Of a DNA stretch of 64,000 nt, positions 1-10,377 are shown piece by piece (position 1 is the first letter of the stretch; each line of letters starts with the position of its first letter). The stretch spans positions 2,170,001 through 2,234,000 of the forward strand of contig OZ193910.1 in the NCBI GenBank assembly GCA_964276515.1. Reading direction: 5' to 3'. The notes beneath the pieces were generated by a model that was not told the DNA's origin, did not search any database, and saw nothing but the letters and a program-made list of their open reading frames with translations. A program made the translations under genes and the position numbers. The DNA is from Gordius albopunctatus. Lineage: Eukaryota.

Positions 1-16
1 TATTATTATTAATTAC

Positions 17-240
17 TATGCAATTTATTAAGTTTTATTATTAATTTGGGTTATAAGTTATACAATCCACTTATATTATTTGTTATGCAATCATGACGAT
101 TCCAACATAAATTGCATAGCAAATATGCTTTGTTTATACGAAGTATAAAAGAGTAATCGATGTGTATGAGAATTTGAAGAAAATATATGTGAAGCAGGGA
201 CTGTCCTGAGGTAAACGGGGGTCTGGGGGCTGGGGGCTTA
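17..240 (+). mobile_element. Unclassified non-autonomous element fragment (same family as 15975-16320)
   Basis: TATGCAATTT at 17 and ATAAATTGCATAGCAAATATGCT at about 108-130; the latter is the reverse complement of 16054-16076. Right boundary approximate. Confidence 0.45.
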
Positions 241-308
241 TAAATTCCATTTTGCAGACCCTACTTACAGAAACGGCAATATTATCAACCTACAACCATA
301 GCTATTTA

Positions 309-480
309 TAGTGGTGTTAAATTTCTAATTAGCATCAACTACAAACGCGAGCACGCACACTGAGCTGTTTAATATGCTAGTTAGCACAATGAGTGCTCGC
401 TGTTCGGTGCAATAGTTTTAACAGTAGTATGTAAATATGCTCGAGAGGTTAGTCGAAGCAGCAAAATCTGTTAAAGCATT
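309..480 (-). mobile_element. Degraded copy of the hAT-type MITE family at 59567-59771
   Basis: TAGTGGTGTTAAATTTCTAA start resembles the TIR; ACGCGAGCACGCACAC-TGAG...TTAATATGC is the reverse complement of about 59700-59734. Confidence 0.5.
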
Positions 481-531
481 GAGCAGATAGCAGATATAAT
501 TGCTATTTATTATAATTACACTATTTACTCA

Positions 532-716
532 TATTATAGTGGGTAGAGGTTTAGTCTTTGAAACAAGAGTTTGCAGGTTCAATCCCGCCTCTGGTACTTA
601 TTTCAAAAAAGATTAAAAATCACATCGTCACCACGGCTGTCAAGTCTGGATAGCCGAGTATCACGCCTTATCCAAATATATTAAGAAGCTGACCACCTTA
701 GTGTGACAAACAGCTA
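532..716 (+). mobile_element. Candidate tRNA-derived SINE with RTE-type 3' end
   Basis: A-box-like TAGTGGGT, B-box GGTTCAATCCC (576-586), then AGCTGACCACCTTAGTGTGACAAACAGCTA (687-716), nearly identical to the RTE 3' end at about 17943-17971. Confidence 0.55.
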
Positions 717-899
717 TTGGATATATCATGAATAAATTAAGAACTTTGCCCCTCCCCCTTATTTTTTACCCTCTTTCTCACCCCGGGGGGGGGGGAAGGT
801 GAAAAAAAGGGGTAGCGTTTTGGAGCTTCGTAAGTAATACTGAGAAAAGGTTTATTATTATATATTAATGTTAACTGTCTTTTAATTTTTTCCCAACTT

Positions 900-1600
900 A
901 TTAATAATTTCGTGGCTTCAGAAAGCGTTATGATCTTATTTGTTTCTTTATCAGCTTTATTCCAAGAAGTATTTTAAATAAGACCAAACAGCGGGACTGT
1001 GATGCCAATATAGTATCACACTTAGTCGCTCACCTACTTATAATTTGTGTGACACAGTTTAGCATAAATTCAAGTCACTAATCGTAATCACTAACATTAG
1101 CCATTGAGTGACATTAATATATCAGAGGTAAAGAAGCTTTTACTTTCCAACCCCTGGGTAACTTATCCAATTGCTCTAAGGCTTGGTATGGAAATGTAAA
1201 CAATTTCCATGCAACATTTCAACAAGCCGATAGATACTAAGGCCCGTCAGTCCTTTCATTGCAATTTGAATTAATTCAGGCTAATGCGATACCAAAAACT
1301 CTTTATACAGGCTACTTTAAAAGTTAACAATGCTTCCTCGTTGAACAATCTGATTTATTATTAGAAGGTAGAATCCGCCCTGATACAAAGTCTAAAGTCT
1401 CTTGGGAGGGTAAGTTTTTAGCTTGGGACTTTGTTGCATGGATATATACGCTTTATTCAATGAAAACTATAGCACATTGTCATTGGGAATTAGAGAAAAA
1501 TATCCTAGTTTCTAGATAATAATTTCTCTAAAAGTTTTATTCCTTAAAATTATGCTTATTTCAAACATTTCCTATTCCAATGGTCCTAAAATCTTTGAAA
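900..1600 (+). mobile_element. Highly degraded CRE-type (RLE) non-LTR retrotransposon remnant
   Basis: Broken frames read QRD(C)DA (about 989) and EGRIRPD...SWEGKFLAWDF (about 1365-1432), colinear with QRDWDA and KGRMRPDG...KWDF of the 31640-32740 ORF. Confidence 0.65.
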
Positions 1601-3337
1601 ACGAAAATGTCCTCCCTTCAAGATCACAATAAGATTTCTAAAGCATCTGATGAATTTGTATGATATAGCACACAATATTTTGGTACCAGAAATCTAAATT
1701 TCTGTAAAAAGAGTAATATGATAGAAGAGTTTATAACCAATTGATTTATGGTATTGTCTAACTGTGCTGGAACTCGCTTTTAGCGAGATATTAAAATGAC
1801 ACTAATGATTTTTCAAATGTCAAGAATTCTTAGTATATAGAAAAAATGTTTTTGTTGTTAGTTAGTTGTTTATTAGAGAACTTTTGAGGTGTTAATTTGT
1901 TTTTGGTTCCATAAATTTGTTTATAATAGAGGTAACGATTTTATAAGAACAATTAAGTATTTTGTTGGCTGAAAAGCCCTGAGTTTTGATGCAAGGCATC
2001 CAAAGTTCGTTTTATATATAGGCCTACAAAATAAATTTTCTGCGGCCTGAGCCCGAGGTTTTATCTTTTAATTGTCCCGAGCTTCCTATAAAAGCCCAAA
2101 ATGCTTTTTTGACCATATATAAATTAAAAGTTATTGTTCCTAATACTAAACAAGGTTATGTTTAGGTTAAAGAATTCAATTTCCTTGATACAATTTATTC
2201 CACAAGTTATTTTAACATAACATTAAAAATACTTTTTCTTCAACGCTTTAAAATAAATACCCTTTTTATAATACTATTTTATATTTCAAGTTCATTTGTT
2301 TACATTTTAACTCTAAACTAGTGTGCAAAATAATTTTTACAATCACATATTCCAAAAATCTCACGTACAGGAAAAAAATATAAAAAAATAATCGTGTTCC
2401 CCATAACATATTTCAGATTGATATCAAAAGTGCATTATTTTTTGAATATGTTATTTTATAAATATTATTAGTATTTTTTTATATTTTAGCACCTAAAGAT
2501 TAGCTTTTTATAGGAATATATTTGATAATACAATGTCTCTTCATTTCATTGCACTCAGCAAGGCGAGATAATCACTCGTGGTTTAAAAGCTTTTTGTCAA
2601 AAATTTAACATTTTTATTTACTTTTTTAAATGCTTTTATTATGTAAAAATGATTAGCTATGATAATTAATTCAATACAACAAAACAAACATAACGGAGGC
2701 ATAACTCGGTCATTAGACACTAGAAGATATAAGCTAATATATGCATAAAAAAGAGAATATATTAAATTTGGGGTACATAAAGCTCGGCCATATGACCAAC
2801 ACCTTCTCAAGGCAAAATAAGTTCAACCATTGACGGGCGTGACAAATATATTATTTTAGATATTTACCAAGTGGTGCAGAAGAAACCAAAAATTAATGGC
2901 TAATTCTAGCACTGACAAAAAAGACCACCTCCTGTTTGCAAAAAGTCAAATTGGGCGTGGTGATAAATTGAATAAAGATTTATACGTGGCAAAAAATATG
3001 ACTATTTTAAAACCCGCGAGACTAAACAGTAAAATATTATCAAATATTTTGTTATAATCATATATATTTAAAAACATTTTTAAAATACCTCTAATTATAG
3101 TATGATCAAAATATTTTTCCAATTTCACCTCTATTAGTCTTAAATTTTATCTTAAAATTTAACCTTGTCAAATGCATAAGATAAAAGCATATAAAAGGCA
3201 ACACAGAATTTAAGCAAACACCACTCGTTCTAATGCTAATTTAAAGTCCTTTTATTATAGAATTAAGGGCGAATTTAGAAAGTTTGACTAGCTTGAAAAA
3301 ATTATATGTTTCCAGTTGACTTAAAAATTTACCCAAA

Positions 3338-4873
3338 ATGTCTTTAACAACTGAAATGAAAATATATGTTGGTACAGAGTTAGGAACACTAAAAAGTATA
3401 AGTCATTACGTTGATATAAATATAGGATAAGAATTGGAAAATGCTTCAAATAACTTCGAGAATTTATTGTTACCTAAAGTTGATCAGGGTATAAATAGTA
3501 TAATTTATACCAAATGGGCAGATAAATGCTTTAATAAAGTAAAATTATATTTATATTAAAATACCAGCTCTTAATAGATAATTTTGTTATATTCAAATGG
3601 TGATGTATGTATTTATAATTTGTTGACCAAAATATCCAAAAAGATTGGTTGTCTAAAATCATCCTCAATTAATGGGTTTGAATTATACAAAAAGTAAATA
3701 TATTGAAAGTATAATTCATAATTAGCCATAAATTTATATATGTTGCTTTTATTTTAATAAATATAAGTAATAAAATATTGCTATGAAACATGATTAAAAA
3801 AGATAATATTTGATAAATTTTTTATAAAATTTATCAATTAAGGCACTTCATTTGTACAACAAAAGATGGTTACATACAAATATATGACAAATTATGCAAA
3901 TTAAAAGTAAACAATTTTCATAAATTTATATTTTTTTATTAGCTTGAAATGAAATACAATAATATATCATGCCTTCAAAAATGTTATAAACCAAGATGGC
4001 TATTAGCTTTTGGAGGGAAAGAAAACGACTTAAAAATATTTAACATTAACAAATTAATTAGCAAAAATATTACACCATTTTTCCAAGCAAAAAATGTAAA
4101 CCATATAATATATATATCTAACTAAAAGGTTAGGTATCCAATGATAATTTAGATATGCATATGCCTATATGGATTACAGGAATTTCTTTTTTAAAAGACA
4201 CCAACAAAGTTGCTGTTTGTACAGCTTATCACCAGGTAGTATTTGTAATAAAATTAAATTTTATTTAGATATCAGCATCTTGATGTTTGTAATTTTGTTG
4301 TTATTTATTTAGATAAAAGTTTATGCCATTCCTTTATTAGGAAAAAGTAAATTGTCTACAAATAGGCCAATTATAATTTTAAATATTGGGGAAAACCCCT
4401 TTACTACACTTTGTTATGTTTCCACTAACAATACTCTATTTGCTGGTGATAGCAAAGGATTTTTGGCAATAATAAATTTCAAAGAAACTATAAATGAAAG
4501 CAATAAATTCATATCACCTACTGATTTACCTTATAAAAAATATGAAAAAATTATATGCCATAAATATATAGAAAAAAAGGTCTATGTTCATTGTTCAAAT
4601 GGAGCTATTACAAATATTTTGAGCACATCTTCATATAATGCTGAACAAGAAACACAAAATATTATTATAATTTTGAGTAGGGATAAGTATATGAGACTTT
4701 TTTTAATTGGACAATTAAAGTCACCTCTACAACAAGTATTCTCTAAGTTTTTTATTTATATAACAATATAGATTTATTTGAAATCTACACCACTTTGTGC
4801 ATTAATTGCCTATAAGTCTGGGAGCGAAAAGCTTGGGAGTGAAAATCACGATACCTTATCAGCATTAGAATAA
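3338..4873 (+). CDS. WDR74: WD repeat-containing protein 74 (Nsa1 homolog, 60S ribosome biogenesis), 8 inferred exons
   Basis: Spliced translation gives MSLTTEMKIYVGTELGTLK, LAFGGKENDLKIF, FQAKNVSNDNLDMHMPIWIT, LSRDKYMRLF and IYLKS. Inferred GT-AG introns 3396-3431, 3539-3577, about 3694-3842, 3907-3942, 4096-4133, about 4236-4312, 4736-4771; stop TAA 4871-4873. Confidence 0.9.
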
Positions 4874-5210
4874 TCAAAATTTTTCTTGTATATTTCCAAT
4901 TGCCGTTGACGTTCGAAATGTTCCACCTGTAATTAATAAATGAGTCACATATTTGTGTACAATTTACCCATTGTTCAGGACATGCTTTTTTATATACAAT
5001 TTTTAATTTTTCACATTGATCCTTATTTTTTTCGTTATCTAAACACTTCCAATACCTTTAGGTGTAAAATTATAAATTAGTTATATACTCGTCTCGAGCG
5101 TCATAACATCGTTTTCTTTCTGCTTTTAAGGGAGGTAACGACATAAATATTTACATCTGAATATATATTTATGCAATTAGATACATTACACAAATTTTTT
5201 TCCTTTTAAA

Positions 5211-5517
5211 CATAGATTAATAAAACCATAGACTGCCGAACAGCTGATAATTTTTTAGCAAATATAGCAAGCACCGTGTGTGGGAAATTGTAACCAAACA
5301 ATAGAATTCAGCATAATTGATTGTTCTAATTTACCTATTTTTTATTAATTTATAAATTAAGCTATTATTCTTATTTTTTTATCAATATTTTATAGAGGAG
5401 AAGTATAAATATACCTGTTGTTGAGTATTTCCTACATTATATCAGCTAATTTGGCTTATGAATGATTTTAATAGTAAAAATCAGCTGTTAGGCAGTCTAT
5501 GATTTTATTAGACAATG
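5211..5517. mobile_element. MITE with about 38-bp TIRs, hAT-like
   Basis: CATAGATTAATAAAACCATAGACTGCCGAACAGCTGAT versus inverted ATCAGCTGTTAGGCAGTCTATGATTTTATTAGACAATG; flanks CTTTTAAA/CGTTTAAA (8-bp TSD, 1 mismatch). Confidence 0.75.
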
Positions 5518-6632
5518 CGTTTAAATGCTTTTATTAGGTAAAATTGATACATCTTATATATAAAAATGAAACTATGTATATATGCCGCCACCAATTTCGG
5601 AAAACTACCAGACCGATTGGCTCAAAATTTCAGTTTATTCCTGACACTCCGGGGCATGTTTTAAGATTTGTTCGAGCCAAATTGGTCCAGTAGTTTTCGA
5701 GTTTGTTTTATACGTTTTTATTTTTAATAAAATGTCAATCAAACGCAACCTCATGACGTACTGCGTATCTATAGTGTTCTTTGAAAATTTGAATATACAG
5801 TTCTTTAAAAAAAGTGTATCACTTATAATATTTTCTAAACCGTCATGCGTGTAGGTAGTGTAGTGTGATAAATGTAGCCATGTGCTAAGGAAAATGGAAA
5901 CTTTTTACGATTTGAAACATTAAATCAAAGGAATTTTTTGCTTATTTTCCACGTCAATTATTATTATAGGACGGTCGTGTCCCCTCCTGCGTGGCTAAAT
6001 AAATTTAAAAATCTCATTTTATCATTTTTTGCGCTTTAAATAAGGAGAAAAATGAAATTACTTTTAACAAAGTGCCAATAAATGTTGATATATCTCAGTT
6101 CTTCGGACATTATTAAGTTCAGAATTAAAAGTTTTATTCAGAAACAAATAATTATAATTATGATATTGTTTCACAATAAATTAAAAAAAATTCCTTGAAG
6201 GACCAGGGGGCGAAAGATTTTTCCCTGTGGGGGGGGGGGACATGGGGCCAGGTTTTTTCTCTTGGATGGGCCTGGGCCTTGGAACCTCTTTAATCCCTTG
6301 GGGGGGCATGGGGCCAGATTTTCTCTCTTGGGTGGGCCTTGGACCCTCTTTAACTATTTGTTTAACAATTTTTGCATAATAAACCCTTTTAGTGAGAGAG
6401 GAGGAATATAATTTATTACACGATAAAAGCACAATGATCCAAAACTTATAAAAGAGTGAGTTTATATAGCGATAGATAACGATAACATTCAAATGAAAGT
6501 TGATTCTGTGTTTGTATTCTTTCTATTTTCACCTTGTACGTATTACAACCAAATCTTTCCAAGGTAAGTGTAATTTGTTTCCCTACAGATACTCCCCCTC
6601 TTAAAAAAAACAAAAAAAAATATATATACACA

Positions 6633-6908
6633 TTATAATTTATAAGAAAAATTTTGTGGAATAGTTATAGTTCTTCCATATCTAGAAATTCGTTGTTGAA
6701 CAGGTAAAGTGTTACTATAATCTTTTGTTTCGATCCATGCTGGTTTAAGCCTGTCAAGTGATATGGTTTCCTCTTTATTATCCTTTTCCACTATGAAAAA
6801 TTTCTTTCTCCTTTTTAGTATTTTAAAGAGTCCATCATATGGGGGTTGTAAAGATTTTCTGACCGTGTCATTGCGCACAAAAACATAATCTGATGTTTTT
6901 AGATTGTT
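6633..6908 (-). pseudogene. Gypsy integrase C-terminal (GPY/F-like) segment cut off by the RTE insertion
   Basis: DYVFVRND...SLQPPYDGLFKILKR...ISLDRLKPA; the N-terminal part of the listed 6633-7040 ORF is antisense RTE 5'UTR. Confidence 0.85.
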
Positions 6909-6925
6909 AGGGATATATTCCTTCT

Positions 6926-9900
6926 CAACCGAGCCAGAAATACCTTGTAGTGGTGGTTGAGCTTGTGTACTCTCGTGATCCAAGAAGCTATACCTTTGGT
7001 AGCCAAACACAATTTTTATGTTTGTTACTGTTGGGTTCACCCTATTGGCAAGGTTCTTGGTGAAGGGTCAGACTAAAATTTCTGGGCTTTTTGAGGGAGT
7101 ACTTAGTGAAATGGAAGTGCTAGATTAAGCCTATCAATACGAGTGGTCTAAAGAAAAGTTTAATTCACCGAAATGACTGCATCATAAAGAATAGTAGGAA
7201 GTCAAGCACCAAAATCTAACATAGTTCCGTCAGGCTTGGAAGGCCGGGATATCAATACTCCCTCATTCCATATAAACCAAAATGTATACTACAACAAAGA
7301 CGCAGAATGAAAACCATAGGGCGTCCCCCTTAAGCGACGCGCGCATTCTTCGCCTGGAATGTGTGGGAAATAAACAAAGGCTACCGCTCTCTCAACAAAC
7401 GGAAGCGGTTAAAGACATTAGTTTGCGTAGGATAAAGTTCGGGTCATGGAATATTGGTACAATGACTAGCAAGAGCAGAGAATTGGCAGACGTTCTAAGG
7501 AGGAGAAAAATCGATATCGCTTGTATACAAGAGACCAAATGGAAGGGCGAAAAAGCAAAATACATAGGTGACGGTTACATCGGTATAGTTCTATCGGAAG
7601 AATTTCAGCAAACTGTCGTCGACGTTAAAAGAATCAATGACAGAATTATGGCGATACAGCTTTGTTATAAATCTACTACGATAAACGTTATATCAGCATA
7701 CGCCTCTCAAAGTGGATGCTCTGAGACGGAAAAAGAGTCTTTTTGGAAGGAGTTTGAAGTTGTTCTATCCCAATTCGGTAAAGAAGGAATAATAATTATC
7801 GGAGCGGACCTCAATGGTCACGTGGGAAAATCAAGGGGAGGATTTGAAAGAAATCACGGTGGTCGGGGTTACGGCCTTAGAAATGAAGGAGGTACGGAAA
7901 TTCTAGAAATTTCTCAAGCTTTTGACCTAGCTATAGGAAATACCTTCTTCAAAAAGAGACAGGAACATCTTATAACGTACAAAAGCGGCAGCCGTACCAT
8001 TCAGATAGATTTCTTTCTAGTCAACAGAGCGCACTTAAAGTATGTTCAAAATGTTAAGGTAATACCGAGTGAAATATTGGCCTGCCAACACAAGCTGTTG
8101 GTGATGGACTTTATATTAAAGGGCAGAAGGTACAAAGAGTAGCCGCTACTATACAATGGAGGAAACTAAAGGATAATATTCAACATTTTCAGGAACAAGT
8201 AATTAAACATGCTGAATTTAAGGGAAATACTTCATGTGAGGATCAATGGAATGGTATAGCTGCCACAATGCGAAAAGCGGGACGACAAATACTAGGTGAA
8301 AGCAAGCCCACTAAAAGAATTCTCAAGGAGACATGGTGGTGGAATGAAGAAGTGCAAAAATATATCAAGGAAAAGAAGAGACTGTACAAAGTTTGGTATA
8401 AAAGCAAGGATGTTAATGATAAGCAAGCTTACCAAGTAGCTAAAAGATCGGCTAAAAAATTCGTAGCGAAAGCTAAAAACAAGGTGTACGACGATATAAA
8501 TGTAAAACTAAACTCAAAGGAAGGAGAAAGATTGATCTACAAAATCGCAAAGTCAAGGGCCCGAAATTCTAAAGATTACCTAGAATGCCGGCTAATTAAG
8601 GGTCAAAAGGGAGAAATACTAACGCACGACAGCCATATCCTACAAAGATGGTACGAGTATTATAGAGATTTATCAATTGAAAAGGGGCCCGTAGTCGAAG
8701 ACACTAACGAGGAAAATACAATAGGAGAATTAAACACAGCGGACTGGATCACGGAAACGGAAGTGAAAGTTGCTATGGGTAAACTAAAGTCAGGAAAAGC
8801 TCTTGGACCCGACAATATACCAATAGAGGGCTTCAAAGCGTTAGGCACTACTGGTGCACAATTCCTCGACGACCTTTTCAACAATATCTTGAAAACGGGT
8901 AAAATGCCTGACGAGTGGAGGGATAGCTACATGATCCCGATATACAAGATGAAAGGGGACATTCAGGATTGCAACAATTACAGAGGGATAAAGCTTATGA
9001 GTCACACTTTCAAGTTGTGGGAAAAAGTGATCGAAAAACGGCTTCGGAGTATGGTTCAAATTCGAGATAACCAATTCGGATTTATGCCTGAGAGGTCTAC
9101 AGCAGACGCTCTAAACAGTTTTAGAAGATTAATGGAACGGTTTAAAGAAAGGGAAGAGGATTTGCACATGTGTTTCATCGATCTTGAAAAAGCGTTCGAT
9201 AAAGTTCCTCGTAATTTAGTTTGGAAATGTCTTGAAGAAAGCAATGTGCCAGAAGCATACGTCAGAGCAATAAAGGATATGTACAAGGGAAATAGAACGT
9301 ATGTTAGAACAACGGTGGGGACTACAAAGGGCTTCGCCATTAATACTGGAGTCCATCAAGGTTCAGCTCTTAGTCCCTTCCTATTCATAATGATAATGGA
9401 TAATATTACCAAGGATTTGGGCGAGGAAGCTCCTTGGGCAATGATCTTTGCAGACGATATAATTCTCTGTGCCAAAAGTGAACAAGAATTGGCTAATACT
9501 GTAAATAGATGGGTAAATGCAATAGAAGATAGTGGTCTCAGGGTAAATCGAAAGAAAACAGAATAAATGAAGACAAAGTTTAAATCGGATGAAAACCAGC
9601 AAAGTGCAACCCTTACTTTAGGCGATTGGCAACTTACAAGTGTGGATTCCTTCAAATATTTAGGATCAACACTTCAATCGGATGGTGGAATGGATAAAGA
9701 AATCCAAGCAAGGATGAATTCCGGATGGCTCAAGTGGAGGGACTTGACAGGTGTTCTGTGCGACAAAAACATCCCGAGAAGACTGAAAGGCGCACTGTAT
9801 AAATCCATCATACAGCCAACAGTCCTGTATAGCTCGGAATCATGGGCTATACGTAAAAGAGACGAGCAACGTCTTGCGACCATGGAGATGAGAATGCTAA

Positions 9901-10243
9901 GATGGGTGCTAGGGGTAAGCAAAAAGGACCATAGGCGAAATGAAGAAATAAGAAGAATTTTGGGTACTACATCAATTGCGACAAAGCTCTTAACAAATAG
10001 ACTAAGATGGTATGGCCATGTCGAAAGAAGGGACGATAGCTACGTAGGAAAGAAAATCGAGATGATAAATTTCGCAGGAAAACGAAAGAGAGGAAGACCC
10101 AAGCTTACCTGGATTCATAAAATACGGCATGATATGAAAGTCCACAAGATAAAGAAAGATCTATGTAAACATAGAAACAAATGGAAACGAATGCTGAAAG
10201 GACTGACCACCAGCCTAGGTGACAAGCAGTCATAGAAAGAAGA
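6926..10243 (+). mobile_element. Apparently full-length RTE-clade LINE (about 3.3 kb) inserted in the Gypsy integrase region
   Basis: 17-bp TSD AGGGATATATTCCTTCT (6909-6925, 10244-10260); about 350-bp 5'UTR, single APE-RT frame, very short 3'UTR with (GAA)n tail. Confidence 0.95.
7282..10235 (+). pseudogene. RTE AP-endonuclease/reverse transcriptase, disrupted
   Basis: APE motifs SWNI, IQETKW, GADLNGH, IDFFL; RT motifs QFGF, FIDLEKAFD, GVHQGSALSP, FADD, FKYLGS; C-terminal RLRWYGHV/RGRP. Broken by stop/frameshift near 8140, stop at 9564-9566 and an apparent short deletion at GDGY^IGIV. Confidence 0.92.
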
Positions 10244-10377
10244 AGGGATATATTCCTTCTTATCATGTCTTCTGGTAGGGCAAAATTTTAGATTTTGCAT
10301 TATTTCTTTAAGTCTAATTACATAACCTGGTTTTGATGAGTCTATGAACGATTTTTGAAAATATTCCCCTGGTAGCC

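Noticed and set aside
2530..3130. Possible small gene or snRNA (minus-strand AATTTTTGG Sm-like site near 2885-2893)
   Set aside because: No recognisable snRNA structure or protein motif in any frame; the motif is expected by chance in AT-rich DNA.
3396..3431. In-frame TAA in WDR74 suggesting stop-codon reassignment
   Set aside because: Explained by a 36-nt GT-AG intron; TAA, TAG and TGA all act as normal stops in the genes here.
6181..6492. Pro-rich repeat ORF
   Set aside because: Antisense reading of a duplicated GC block in the Helitron joined to the Gypsy LTR.
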